A stretch of 61,559 nucleotides of DNA, the filler included, from Basidioascus undulatus (taxonomy: Eukaryota), in NCBI GenBank assembly GCA_000826855.1. It is 5 parts of 5 records of this genome, joined end to end, with 100 filler letters (N's around TTAATTAATTAA, not from the genome) between each part and the next. Parts side by side here need not be neighbours in the genome. Positions count along the whole stretch, not along the records: positions 1 to 28,801 come from JTLS01000144.1; positions 28,902 to 37,010 come from JTLS01001441.1; positions 37,111 to 45,211 come from JTLS01001442.1; 2 more parts are not named here. One strand, given 5' to 3'. A program made the position numbers and the translations under genes. Shown here piece after piece: positions 26,017-40,274 of the stretch. The notes under the pieces are model-generated. The model worked only from the letters and a program-made list of their open reading frames with translations. It did no database searches and was not told where the DNA came from. Within the stretch, counting starts at the first letter, position 1. Every line of letters starts with the position of its first letter.

Positions 26017-28801
26017 ATGTCAAGTAAGCATCCTAGACCATCCCTTTCAGGCGACCCCATGCTGACCCGCCGACCCCCGCCCTCCTCAGCACCGCCGCCG
26101 ACGACGTCCCCGCCGCCCGGGCTTGGCCCACCGCCGCCGCGGGGCCCGCCGATCGCGTACACGCGCAGGGAGCTCATCCGCCTCAGTCGCAGCCCGCTCG
26201 TCAAGATCCCTAATGGCATGCCCGCGCTGGAGGACTGGTTCGGGTGAGTGTGCGATGCGTGGTTGAGTGTGCTGGAAGCGGGACGGCGAGGGGGTCACGC
26301 GGCCGGGCGAGGATGGTGTACGAGCTGGGACGCTGGCGATGTGTGGCGCATCTGAGCTAGGAGATTGCACATTCGCAGTCTTGTCGAATAGGCCATGTGG
26401 TCCAAGTCGTGGTGGTGCTCTGGGCAATCGCAGCTGGCCCACCCCGCAGACGCGAGACGGCCCTGCATCCCAATCCCGACCAGCTGCGGCCCCTGCCCCC
26501 CAGGCACAGCGTACTCACTCTCGACCTTCCTCCCCATTTCAGAGAGTACTCGCCCCCTCCCCAGTCTCCGTCCGCTCACCGCCCCACCCTCGGCTCGAAC
26601 CTCTCCGGCACATCCACAACCGGCTCTCGGTGCGTGTCGCCGTCCGTCCCTCTTTTAGCCGTGGGTTTCAAACTCATCTCATCGCGAATAGGTACCGACG
26701 CCATGGCGACGAGGATGACCCTGTGCGGAATTCAGGTCCGCTCTCTTTCTATGCTCCACCTTCCTGCGGAGCGACTCTGCTCATTTTGAACGGGCATGGC
26801 GAACAGACGGCACCTCGCGCTTCCGGAATCCCTTTGAGCGCGCGCTGCACTCGTCGTCTTCCTACGCCAGCCACAGTGGCGGCAGCATGGGTGCGTCTTA
26901 GCCGTTCAATAATCATACTGGGAGGCAGGCAGGTCGTGGCTGACGATGGAACACGTTTGCTGTGACCAGGCAATTTCCGGCACCACAGCTCGCACAACCT
27001 CGACGACCGGCGCGATAGGGACCGGGACCGTGAGCGTGACGGAGGTGACATGAAGCGGGTCCGTCTTGATTTCTTGTGCTTGGTGAGGGTCGTCGTTCAT
27101 ACAGCTGATGGTCTTCTGGGGCCCGGGGGGGGGGAGCAACCAGCTCGCCGACAAGTACGACCGCGGCCAGCGCCTGCGCCTCTCGGACCGCGAACCCGCG
27201 CCGCACACGGACCGGAGCCGCGAGCGCCGCCCGCGCAGTCGCGAGCGCGAGAGGGGCGACTACTTCGACGACCGCGACCGCGACCGTGAACGCGAGCGCG
27301 AGAGGGACAGGGAAAGGGACAGCAGGGAGGGGCGGTACCTGCGCGAGGAGCGACCGCGGGACCGCGAGAGGGAGAGGGAGAGGGGCGCGGAGCGCGAGCC
27401 GAGACCAGAGAGGGCGAGCGACTCGGACTACTGGAGGAGAGGCGGGCCTGGGAACGGCGGTGAGTCTTCGATATCGTTCGTTCGGGGCGCATTGGTAGCC
27501 AGGCAGGGAGCTGATAAGAGCTATCGGTGTCGGACGTGCTGCAGTCGACCGGACAAGAGGCGACCGGGAACGCTACCGCGATGAGCGGGACCGCGACAGG
27601 GATAGGGAACGGGACAGGGACGACAGGCCGATACGTCGCGATGACAGGGATCGCGACCGCGACCGTGAGCGCGACGATCGTCCCCTCCGCCGCGGCGACG
27701 AGCGCGACCGCGACCGTGAGCGTGACCGCCCGAGGGACAAGGACAGGCCGTACGACCGCGAGCGCGACCGGCTTTACGATCGCGACCGTGAGCGCGAGCG
27801 TCCCTCGGACCGGTACCGGGACCGCGAGCGGGACGAGCGTCCTTTCCGGCGGGACGACCGTGACCGCGAGCGGCCTCGGCGCGCCGTGCTCGAGGATGAC
27901 ACCGCCGCGCCTGCATGGATGGACGACTACAAGCCTGAGCCCGGCGGGGTGGGCGCGGGCGCATTCGGGAGCGCGAGCGGCGGGATGGACAGCATCCAGG
28001 CGTTCAAGGCGCAGATGCGGGAGAAGGAGCGCAGGGAGCGCGGGGAGGTCGAGGGGGGCGCCAGTGGGATGGACGAGATCCAGCTTTTCAAGGCGCAGAT
28101 GCGGGAGAGGGAGAGGAGGGAGCGCGGGGAGACGGCCGGGGAGGAGAGGGAGGTCGAGGAGCTTAGAGCCCAGGATGACGCGATCGTCGGTGAGTGTTGG
28201 CTTTTTCATTAGGAGAGGGGATGAGGAGGAGGTGCAAGTGGACGGACGCTGATGTGTTTTTGGGGCGGTGCAGCGGCGAAACCAGCTGCTATGCCGCTCG
28301 AGCTGCAGGACGACGCTATCATTTGTGTGTCACTCCGTTCTTCTCACTCGTCAACTCGGGCGTGTGTGGACTGATAAGGCCTCCCACACGCAAACGCAGC
28401 CGCCAAGCCCTCCTCCCCCGGGCCCGGGCCCGCGCCGTCTCCCCCTGGGCCCGCTTCCGCTCCGCCCCCGCCGCGCCCCACGACCATCCTCCCCCCGCTT
28501 GAGACGTTCGCGGGCGGCGCGCCGCCCCTCCCCACGTCGGGCGCCACCTCCCCGCAGCCGCTCAATCTCGGCCCGAACCCGATGCTCATGCCCGCTGCGG
28601 CCGAGGGCGCGCGCACGAGCCGCTTCGCCAAGCTATTCGAAAACAAGGCGCGGGTCGAGCAGCACCACCAGCAACACCAGCAGCAGATGCACTCGCCTGT
28701 CATCCAGCAGCGCCAGCAGCAGCAGCAGCAGCAGCAGTGGGCCGCCCAGCAGAGCGCCAGCCCGAGCCCGCCGATCCCCCAGCCAGAGCCGGAGATGCAG
28801 A
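26017..28801 (+). CDS. Low-complexity protein with an N-terminal eIF4E-binding-type motif (4E-T/Eap1-like); 3' truncated by the contig end
   Basis: IAYTRRELIRLSRSPLVKIPNGMPALEDWFG contains YxxxxL-phi. It is followed by a long RD/RE mixed-charge tract, PAWMDDY, a duplicated MDxIQxFKAQMRE, SRFAKLFE and polyQ. Confidence 0.65.
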
Positions 28802-28901
28802 NNNNNNNNNNNNNNNNNNNNNNNNNNNNNNNNNNNNNNNNNNNNTTAATTAATTAANNNNNNNNNNNNNNNNNNNNNNNNNNNNNNNNNNNNNNNNNNN
28901 N
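28802..28901. other. Artificial contig linker
   Basis: 44 N + TTAATTAATTAA (stops in six frames) + 44 N. Confidence 0.98.
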
Positions 28902-31900
28902 GAAGCCGTACTGCGACGCGGCCGGCCCAAACGACCCCGGACCGCCCATCATCCCGTATGGCCCGAGCCCGGGCGCACCGCCACCGCCGCCGTAGTCCGA
29001 GCCAGCCTGCGAGCCTCCCCAGTGCTGGCCGAGGCTCGGCGGAGGCAGGCCGTGACCCGACTGGGAGAACGCGTTCAAGGACGCGTTCGAGCGCGCGCCC
29101 GGCATGGCGTTGGCCTTGTTCTGGTAGTAGTCGCCGCCGTACGTGCTGCCCGCGTACGGGCTGCCGCCCGCGAAGGGGTTGCCGCGCTGGCTGCCGGCGT
29201 AGGTGCTGCCGGCGTACACGCTGCGCGTGGGAGTTCCGGCAGCGAAGGGGCTGTCCGAGCCGTCGTCCGAGGGGACGCGAGACGTATCGAGCAGGACTTC
29301 CGCCTCGTACTCTACAAACAGCGGTAGTCCGTCAGTCCACCGTATGGGTTCGGTCAAGGAACATAGAAAGGCGCACCGGAGAACTTCTTGAGCGGGATCA
29401 TCTCGTCAGAGAACGGCTCGTCGTCCGTAGCGATAATCTGAAGCAATCTTTTGTCAGCTACTGGATGCCGCGCTCGTCATTATTGAGTGCCGGATCCGCA
29501 CCTTCTTAGTACCACTCTCGCCGATAACGACACGAGTAGCTAGATCGACAAGGTGAGCGTGAGCTTCCGAACCGGGCGTTCACGAAGCAAAACGGCGCTT
29601 ACATCCCCAAGAGAAGTCGTCAAAGTGCCAGAACGAGTACAGCGGTAGGAGCTGCAGCGCACAGGACAGTATATCAGCTTCAGCCTGGAGCGCAAACAGC
29701 AATCAAGCTCAGAACGCACGAAGGACCAGATGGGGTATGACACCAGGTAGATGATCATCCAGCCGATGTACTGCCACTGGCGCTTTAGGAGGAAGATGAT
29801 GATTTGGAACCCATACGTGGCCTAGACCGTGTTCGAGGTGGTCAGCGTTCGCTTCTCAGCTGCGCAAGCAAGGGGAACGTACACCAAGCACGGCGAGCGT
29901 GATAATGGGCACTTCCCGGTTCTCCGTAACACAGATGACGATGAGGTAGATACTGTGTGCAGGCCGATGAATCGTCAGCTCGGTGTTGGACTGTGTTCGA
30001 CAAGGAGCAACCATGCACAGGTAGATGACGGTCGCGGGAAGCATGACGGTGCCGATGAGGTCGATCATGACGAAGAAGCGCATGCTGAAGCAGCAGAAGC
30101 CGCACATGTCAGGGAGGTGGGCGAGTTCGAACAGGTTATGCACGGTCGAGTTGATCCAGCGACGACGCTGCGAGATGAGGATGGCCCATGTGTCGGGCGC
30201 CGCCGTATGCGCAATGGCGTCGGGCGTGAACTGCAAGCCAGGTCGCGAGACGTGAGCCCTCCTCTCGACATAGGTGTGTGAAGAAGACAGGTCGCAGCAA
30301 CGCACCTTCATCTTGAACGTTGGGAAGTGCTTGAGCATGATCGTCGTCAGGTAACGGTCTTCTCCGAGCCAGAGCAGGTTCTTCTTGTGGAGCGTGTCGA
30401 CGTTGTTCTCCGAGTAGTCCTCGATGATGCGGCTCGAGATGATGAGCGGCCGGCCGCGGTCGGCCGTGCGGATGCGGTACATGGAGAAACAGCCAGGCAG
30501 ACACGTCACGGTGCCGAAGAGGGACTCGAACGCCTTGGCGAGGTGGTGAGAGATGAAGCTGTGAATTAGGGCAGATAGGTCAGTCAGGCCATCTCCTCGT
30601 GCGATACAGCTCCGGGGCAGACGCACTATTCGTAGACCTGAATCATAGTCCACCATGAGCCCTCTTCGTTCTCGAGCTTGGTCTCGCCGCAGATGCCGAT
30701 GATTTTCGAGTCGTCCGCGCACGCGGCCGTGAGGCGGTTGACCGACTCGGGCGTGACCGTCGTGTCGGCGTCGACCATGAAGATGTCTGTGGTTCGCAAC
30801 GAGCGAAGTAAAGGATCAGTTCCCCGCAGGAAGTGGCGAGGCGCGCTGAACTGTTAGAAAACGCACATTCGTAGAAGGCCGGATCGATGCCGATGACGTT
30901 GCGCATCTGGTGGTAGATCTCGAGCTCAAGCGGACACATGGGCGCGTCAAAGTGGACGCGGTTGAGGTAGCGCATGAGGAGGATCTGCGAGTCGCGCTTT
31001 CCGCGGTTACCGGGCCTCGAGCGCTCGCTCGGCTTGCCGACCTTGACGACGACCATGTAGGGGACGACGTGGCCCTCGAACTCGTACAGGCCCGAGTAGA
31101 CCTTGCCGTAGTTGAGCTGCTTGCCGCCCTCGGCGACCGACTTGAACAGGAGCGGCTCGGGGTCGAGCGCGGGGTCGACGCCGAGGATGTCCAGCGCGAT
31201 CCGCGGCGTCGGCCGGTCGTTGCCGCCACCGATGATGTTGCCGTCGCAGATGAGGAAAATGAGCTTGCGCTTGTCGTCGTACTCGAGCGCGGCGAGCGAG
31301 TCGATCGTCTTCTTGAGCGACTCTTCGCCCTCGGTATAACAAGGGACCTGCAAGCGGGATGGAGCCACGATGTCAGCGCTCAAGATCCCAGAATACGCCG
31401 GGGAAACCGCAGCAAACGCACCTGGCAGATGATGAACTTGTCCTGAAGCTCGGGACGGCGCTTGCTGCCGAGCTGGAGCGCGGCGAGGAACTTGACGAGG
31501 ATGGTGACGCAGAGGAGGATGGTGAATGAGAGTAGCAAGTAGTTCTGAACCTGGCATCGCGCCGAGTCGCGGAAGTCGACGTCGCCGCGGTAGTAGACGC
31601 GCTGGAGGCACTGCTTGTGCAGCTGTGCCTGGTCCTCGGACATGCCGTTCAGGACGGCGTTGAGGTCCTTCGAGATGTCCTGCCCGGACGACTGCTTGAA
31701 CAGGCTCGAGACTTCGCCGTTGAGGAATTCGGCGTAGTTCGGCGAGTCGCTCTTGTGGTAGTCCAGCGTGGAGAGGTACACCGTCAGGTCGTACACGCCG
31801 CCGTTCCAGATCGCCCACTGCTTCGTGCCGTTGTACCCGTCGCTCTCGACGTTGCCCTTGTCGAGTACGAACGAGCCCTTGTGGAAGCCCTTCATCTTGG

Positions 31901-34900
31901 GGAGGAACGTCGCCTGGTACCAGTCCGCGTTCGCGAGCTTCGAGCCCTCCGTGGCCGAGCCGCCAACCTCGTGCTCCGCGGTCTGCACCTCGAGCTGCGT
32001 CTGCGAGTTGTAGTCCTCAGGCACCTGGTCCGTCGCGAGGCCCTCGCAGCCCCACGTCTTGGGCACGGGGAAGTAGTCCGTCAGGTCGAGCCCGGCGAGC
32101 TGCTTCATGAGGTCGTTCGACGCTGGGCGCGACGTGATGTCCGAGTGGTCCGACCGCCAGAAGCTGCTGATGTCGTAGACTGTCGCCGCGCCACAATCGT
32201 CAGTTCGTCAGTTCAACCGCCTGTCGCCGCTGCAATTGCAGTCACCACGCACCCTCGCCATGCAGCGCCACCCAAAAGTCGCTGTCGCTCGTGTGGCTGC
32301 CGACCTCGCCCTCGCTCCACGCCTTGTCGAACCTCGGGCAGAGGAGTTTCCCTGTTTGTGTTCGCAATAAAAGGTCAGTCTCCGCTGGAGCGTCGACGAA
32401 ACGGACGAGAGGGAAGGGAACTAACCGAACACGATGATGTAGAACAGGACGACCCCGCAGAAGAGCAAGATGAGCATGACGAGCGTGAGCTTCTCCCTCC
32501 ACGCGAGGCGGATGTCGGGGCGCTTCATGCCGCCGACGGAGGAGAGGAGGAAGCTCGGGATCCACCATGTGAGGGCCCAGACGAAGCCGACCCAGATCCT
32601 GCGCGTGCGCGAGACGGGGCGCTCCTCAAGCGCCGCGAGCCCGCCGGGGCCCTTCTCCTTGACGATGATGTCCGTCGGCGGCGGCCCGCCGCCCATCCCG
32701 CCCTTGTCGTCGCCCCAAGCGTCGCCCCACGCGCCGCTCCCGCCGCCCGGACGCTTGTCTAGCGTCGGCGAATGCACCCCGCCGTCCCCGTACGCGAGCG
32801 GCGCGCGCTCCTCGCCCACGAGCGTGCCGCGCGTGCCCGATCGCCCGAGCAGCAGGTCCTCCGCGCTCTCGCCCGTCGCGGCCGCGCCGGTCTGGGGGAC
32901 AAAGTTCCCCCACTTCGCGGCGGACGCGGGGCGCGCGGGCGGGTACTTCTCGTCCGCATAGACGCTCCGCTCCGCAAGCGACTCGTCATCGTCCGCAACA
33001 ACTGTCGCCGCGCGGCCGTCGTCCTTCTCGCTCACGCGCACCTCGTCCTCGACGATCTTCCACGCGGCGTACGAGAGCCAAACGCTGCGCTCGCCAACGA
33101 CGAAGTCGAGGCCCTCCGTCCACTCCTGCTCGGCCGTGAAGGCGAGCACGCGCTCGCGCGGGGCCAGCGCCGGGTCCGCCCCGTCCGCGCCGACGTAGCG
33201 CTCGCAGAACATCTCGAGGTCGTAGTCGGCGACGTAGTCCGCGCGCAGGCGCGCGACCGTGTCGGGGAGAAGGAGCGCGCGGACCTGCGCCTTGACGCGG
33301 CGCTTGTCGAACGCGTTGGGTGAGCCCGAGTCGTTCGGGCGGATGCACGCGACGTTCCACACGCGCGTGCGGTCGAGCGTGCCGAGCAGCTCCGTGAGCG
33401 TCGCGTTCAGCTGCGTCGTGACGGGGTAGACGCGCGAGGGGTCGAGGAGCGGGCCGCCGGCGTCTTCGGGGAGTGGGGTCCCGTCCAACGAGGCGGCGAT
33501 CGGCGTCGGCTGGCGCAGCGGGCGCGCCGAGACCTGCGCGGTGACGATCGTGTTCTCGTCCTTGGGGTGGGACTCGGTTGAGAGGCTCGGGCCGGAGAAG
33601 AGCTTGGCGACGAAGGCGTTGGACGAGTTGCGGAAGGTGGAGACGAACGCGGCGTCCATGATGTCCGCGTCGCGCTCGACGAACCCGTGCGCGTCGTACG
33701 TGCACCCACCAGCGTAGTGGTTGATGCCGAACAGGTGCCCGGCGCCGGACGAAGACGGATTGGCCGCGAACGAGGCGTGGATGGCGAACTCCTGCGTGAG
33801 CTCAGCCGTGAGCTGGCCGTCGAGGTCGACGTCCGCGCTGGCCTTCTTGAGGCGCGCGCACGCCTTGCCCATCTCGCCGAGGACGCCGCCGGGCTTGCCG
33901 CTGACGGCGCCGCCGAGAACGCTCCCACGGAGGAGCTCGATGCACGCCGAGTTGTCCATCGTGACGATCTGGGGGAGCGCGACACCGTCCGCGGCGAGGA
34001 GCGCGTTGTACCCAAGGCCGTCCTCGAACGTCCGGCGGAGCGTGTACGAGTGCGTGAGCTCCACGGCGAAGTTCTGGTGGAACTCGGTGAACGTGCTTGC
34101 GCCGTACGCGGCAAGGAGCGGCGTCTGCTGCGCGCCGCCGAGGTACACCGACGACGTCGGCGCGCGCGAGTGGAAGCCCGGCTGGTCGAGCTGCACGATC
34201 TGGTACGGGTACGCGTCCTCGGGCGCGGGCGCGACCTTGTGATTCGCCGTCTCGGCGACGAACGCGTAGAGGATGGCATAAAGGTCGCGGACGAGCGCGT
34301 CGCGTTGAGCGGCGGCCGCCTGGGCGGTGAGGAGGAAGGTCGCGACGTCCTTGCGGATATAGCGCGTGCGGTTGACGAGGATCTGTTCGAGCTCGTCCGA
34401 GTCGACGCCGAGCAGGCGCGCGACCTCGTCCAACTCCAGTTGGTTCACGATGCGCGCGTTCGCGTCGCGCCCGCCGACGTCGGCGAACTCGATGTTGCCG
34501 AGGAGGAGGATGGCGGCGAGGAGGGCGAAGATGGCGGAGGAGTGCTTGGGCTTGAAGCCGAGGACGCGCATCGCCTCGCGCAGCTCATCCATCGCGATGC
34601 TGTCGTCGCTGTGCGGGCCACCGGGGAGCCGGTAGCAGTTGCTGCTCGCGAGGAGGGTGTAGCTCGAGGGGTCCTCGAGGCGGAGCGCGTCGCGCTCGTC
34701 GGGCGTCGCGCCGGCGAGGAGCTGGTAGAAGACGTGGAAGGAGCGCTCGTCGGGCGCTAGGCGGGTCACGCGCGACTTCTCGAGCGCGAACGGCAGGATC
34801 TGCGCGGCAGCGACGCGCCCGCGCTCGGTGAAGTGCAGCTCGAGGTACCGCCCGTGCCGGGAGGCGTTCGGCGACTGCGACGTCTTGGCGTTACCGAACG

Positions 34901-35479
34901 AGTCGAGCACGGTGTGCAGCGCGCGGATTTGCTCGGACAGCCGCGCGGCTTTCTTGGAGGAGGAGGAGGACAGGCGGAGGATTTGGGAGGTGATGAGGGA
35001 CGAGGTGAAGGTCTTGCCCGAGCCGGTGATACCGCTGCCGACGAGTCCCACCTCGTTCAGCTATCCTGCTCGCCTTCCCCTCGCACTATCTCGAAAGGAA
35101 TCTGCACGCACCTATAAATAATAGATTGGCTCTCCCCCCGTCTCCGCATCATAAGGACCGCCCTCGATGCGAGGTCATACGGATGAGGCTGGAGGATGGC
35201 GCCGTCGTCGTCCTCGGGCGGCGGGCGGAAGGAGCGCTCCTCGTACTCCTTGGCACTGGAATCATTGAGGTTGGCGAGGGCCTTGAGCGGGTTTACGACG
35301 ACGAGGGTGGAGGAGCCGAGGCGGGTGTAGGGGAGGTCGGCGCGGAAGCGGCCCTGGAGGAGGGCGGTGATGCTGTCTTCGGAGGGGTAGACGATGGAGG
35401 AGTCGTTCGCTTGGATGAGGGACGCGAGATTAGTTGTCTGCGCTGCGTCGTGCGCGGACATGGGCGCGGAGGAGGACAT
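28902..35479 (-). CDS. Chitin synthase with N-terminal myosin motor-like domain (class V/VII); 3' end truncated
   Basis: Myosin head ([17 protein letters not shown]-loop [33 protein letters not shown]), WREKLTL, a cytochrome b5-like region (VYDLTVY) and the GT2 core ([45 protein letters not shown]). Confidence 0.96.
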
Positions 35480-36761
35480 CTGGGTGAAGGGAAGTGATGA
35501 GCCGGAGGACAAAGGGGGCGGCAATGGGACTGCGCACCTCGGTGGCCAGCGGGCGGGCGGGGGGCCAGCCGGATGGGAGCGAAGAGTATGGTGCGTTTAG
35601 GGATTCAGAGCCGTGGTCAAGTGGATGAAAGAGAGGGATCGAGATTGGGTGTGGCTGAAAGCAGCGAGGATCGAGGCGAAAGAAAGGGAGAAGCAGCTGT
35701 GCTTGCTGCCGGTCCGTCCGCAAGTCAGCTCCCGTATCTTCTTCTCAATCGACTCTCCACACCACTGACTCTACCAGACTGAGCGCCAGCCAAAGAGCGA
35801 CCTCCAGGGAAGAATACGGCGGGAAGGGGAGAAGGAAGGAGGAAATGAGGGGCGAGGAAGGGAGGCGAGACTAGACAGGCGTAAAGGTAGGCACGAAAGG
35901 GGCGCGAGAGTAGAGGCAGGAGGCGGGACTGCTGCCGGCAACGCGACCGGCACCGTCCCCAACAACCAACCGAGATCTCTCGAGTACTGCGATGCAGCTG
36001 CAAAATATATTATCTATAAAATTTTTAATCTCTTCGTACTCCATGCAGAGCTTGTGCCAGATTGTACACTCCGAAAGGAAAAATCAAAGCAGCTGGACGT
36101 TGAAACTCAAACACAAGTCCTGGCACCTCCTCACGCGCGTCAAACAACCAACCTCCTCCTCAGCCCCTCTCCTGCCTTGTATTTCTCTGTTCTCTCCTTG
36201 TCCCCATCTGTCTCCTTATTTTGGAGCCTCAAGACGCCTCATAATGCTTTAAAAGCTCTCCGCTAACCGTCCCTTTACCAGTCTCCTTCAGCCCTATCGA
36301 ACAGCGTGTGCACCTCGCAGGCGCCTACCTGGCCTCGCACCATGTCCTCAAGCCCTCACAGCCGCACCTGATCAGCAAGCGCCTTGTCTATCGGTATCTG
36401 CAATCACAAAGCAACCGGAGCGCGTCTCTTTCAGCCCATTGTCGGTCCGTTGCGCCGGCGCTGGCAGGATGGAGCTAGGGCCAGATTAGTAAGGCAGGAA
36501 GTGCTTGGACGCAGAAACATGGCCAGTACTGTATAGGGTGAAGTTTCTTGTTATTGTGTTTCCTAATACCATGGGGAACTGGGCGATGTTGCTGCCGATC
36601 CTGCAGTACTGTTGCATGCCTGAAAGCACCCGCAGTCGAGCAGGCGAGCCGCCAACCCCGCACGGGTGCTTGCCCTCCGCCCTCATCCCAGCTCTCAGCG
36701 CCCATTCCCTCCCTTGCCTTCTTCCTCTCCTCCCTCCCCAATCCCCCTCTTGCGCACGGCC

Positions 36762-37010
36762 ATGATGAACTTCGACGACGACCCCATGGCAGCCTGGGCG
36801 TCTCCGGACCCCTTACCCGAACGCGAACCCGCACGCGCATCCTCATCTCCCCCACCCGCCTCACCTTCTCCTTCCCAACCGCCCACACATTCCACCGAGC
36901 CCGACCCCTTCTCTGCCGCATCAGACGACGAGGACCCGTCCACCTTGTCCCTCTCCGCCCCTGCCCTCGCCCCCCAACCATCCTCTTCCTCCCCTCCCCC
37001 TCACCAACAC
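36762..37010 (+). CDS. 5' fragment of an unidentified gene (MMNFDDDPMAAWASPDP...), truncated at the contig end
   Basis: ATG after a pyrimidine-rich leader. The Pro/Ser/acidic frame stays open up to the linker. Confidence 0.5.
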
Positions 37011-37110
37011 NNNNNNNNNNNNNNNNNNNNNNNNNNNNNNNNNNNNNNNNNNNNTTAATTAATTAANNNNNNNNNNNNNNNNNNNNNNNNNNNNNNNNNN
37101 NNNNNNNNNN
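37011..37110. other. Artificial contig linker
   Basis: N44-TTAATTAATTAA-N44. Confidence 0.98.
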
Positions 37111-37510
37111 GGGGGGGGGGGGGTCGGACGAGCCAAGTTGTGTCTTCTCTCTCGAGCTCCGCGACCTTCACCGCAGACCCGGCTCGCTGCTTCGCTTTCA
37201 AGAAAGCGAGCTGCAGCCTTGTATGACATTCACCTTTATTTGTGAATTAATCTATCATTTCTCCTGAGCATTGCTGTGCTCAACACAGGCTGCTGCACCT
37301 GCCGAAAGCATGCAGTCGATGCCTTGACTAAGCCCCCTTACGCCATTGCAGCCGATAGACTTCACGCGCGCATTTCACCTCACCCAATACAATATATACC
37401 GGCCCGCACCCGCACGCCGCCACTGCCCTTGACCGGGACGCTCACCCACCCACCGCGCACCCACCTACACCCTTCCTCACAACACACATCCCGCACCGCC
37501 GACAGTCAAA

Positions 37511-38470
<960 letters not shown>

Positions 38471-40274
38471 GCGTGGCGCGCTGGCCGCCCCCGCTCGCTC
38501 CTCTCGTGTGTTGTCCCGCTCCGTCGCATGTCCCCCTTCATTCTTTCGCGCCTACTGCTTCGGCTTGTACCATACCGCCCGCCCCCCCTTCGTTTCTCGT
38601 TTATATCGCAATTTGATCGCATCGCATGACCTTGAGTTGGAGCTGAAGACCGGGGGAGTGGAGAAAGGTAGGTTGCTTGGGCGTGGGTGTGGGCGTGAGC
38701 GAAGGCGGCGGGCGGACTCACTTCAATCCTTCTTGGATCCACTTTGACGGGACACTCGATCGCACTCGCATTTTCGTCGGGGCATTGACTCGAGCTCGAT
38801 CGCACTCGCACTTTCATATGGTACTGACTCCCCGACTGCGGCCTCGCCTTCGCACTTCCGTTCGCTGCCTCAACTTCCTGTTCATATAAACTTCGCTTTT
38901 CGACTCATCATGGTTCCTCGCCCCATTGCGTCGGACCGCACGACAAGCGGAACAAGATTCAGCAAACATGGTATGCGTGCTCCCCTATCTTCTTATACCC
39001 TCTTTTGGCTAGCGCTTACGCTCGTGTATGCAGGGTCGGATCGCAGGGGAAGGCGATCCCTCGCTTGCTTACTCAATGAGTACGCAGCACATCGTTTCGG
39101 CTTCATGACGTCTCCTCAGCGTTCGACCCTAGCTCCAAAGCCATCGCCTCGCGCCCATGCAGACTTTGATTGTCCAATGGCGCCCTCATACTCAGGCGTT
39201 CAATTGACCTTCTTGGTGCTTTCGACTGAGACCATCCGCACTGGCGAGCGTATCGATCGAGTGTTTTCCGCACTCATCACCTTCCTCAGATCACCTCTTA
39301 CTTCAGAGACATCCGCTTGATACTCCATATCTACAGCAGACTCGTCGATGCAGATGTAGGTAAACAATAGTGCTAACTAGCTTGCTCCTCTTCGCGCTTG
39401 CATCACATCCTTCCGATCCGAAGCGCGCTTGCGCTTCTCTGCTGCGTCCTCGTGGATGACCGCGCCTCGGCGGGCACTTCAGCGGCGCTGCGACTACGGC
39501 TGCTTACTCTCATAGGGCGTGTTGTCGTCGGGCGTGACGGGACATAGACGGCGAGGTTGGAGAATAGGCGATAATAAAAAAGAAATGGGTCCTTTGGCCG
39601 GTCGAGCGTGGGCGTAAATAGGCGAGGAGTGGGTGGACAGAAAGTTGAGTTGGAACTGGACCGAGGGTGGTGCGATTGTCAAGTCGAATGGGCCAGGCGG
39701 TGCTGAGGGCTCGGCGGATGGTGCAGGGATGAGAAGGAGAAGTAGCAGCTCTTTCAGGTCTTTCCGCCGCTCAATCCCACAGACCCCGCGGGCCTTCGTC
39801 ACGTTCTTCCTATCTTTGTCCTCCCTGCCTTCAGCAATCCATTCTTCGATCGCTCCTTCTGGCTTCCCTCTTCGCTCCGCATACCCGTGCCCTCGCTCTC
39901 ATACCCTCTTCCTCTCGCATACGTCTTCCGCATGATACGATGCCCGCTGTTCTTTTATTTTAAAAGTTTCATTTTATCATATTTTTCCTTTATAGTGGAG
40001 TCGAGTCAATCGGTAGGCAGCACGGTAGGTATTTCGGCATTGCAACAATTTGCTAGCAACACGGCTGGTCTGCAGCGCTGCCTTTGGCTGCCTTTGAAAA
40101 CGCAACTGCGTTTGGGAGTATAACAGTTCCTGTCAAGCAGCATGTTGTGACCGCCATAGCGCGCAGCGAAGTTCATTGTGACGTTTGGCATTCGGCTGCC
40201 GCGTGCTTTGCGCCGCGTGCTCGTCTTCCGCTGTTTTCCGCCGCTCCCATCTTGTCTCCCACCCTCATTCAAGA

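Noticed and set aside
28846..28857. TTAATTAATTAA palindrome recurring four times
   Set aside because: Always centred in N-runs of identical length, so it is a synthetic six-frame stop linker.
30910..34760. Long plus-strand ORFs (e.g. 31617-32762, 33687-34760) and alternative-frame ORFs
   Set aside because: Antisense or shadow frames of the GC3-rich chitin synthase. The same applies to ORFs overlapping URB2, UTP6 and the RD-rich gene.
37111..37123. Poly-G run
   Set aside because: At a contig edge, so likely a sequencing or assembly break.
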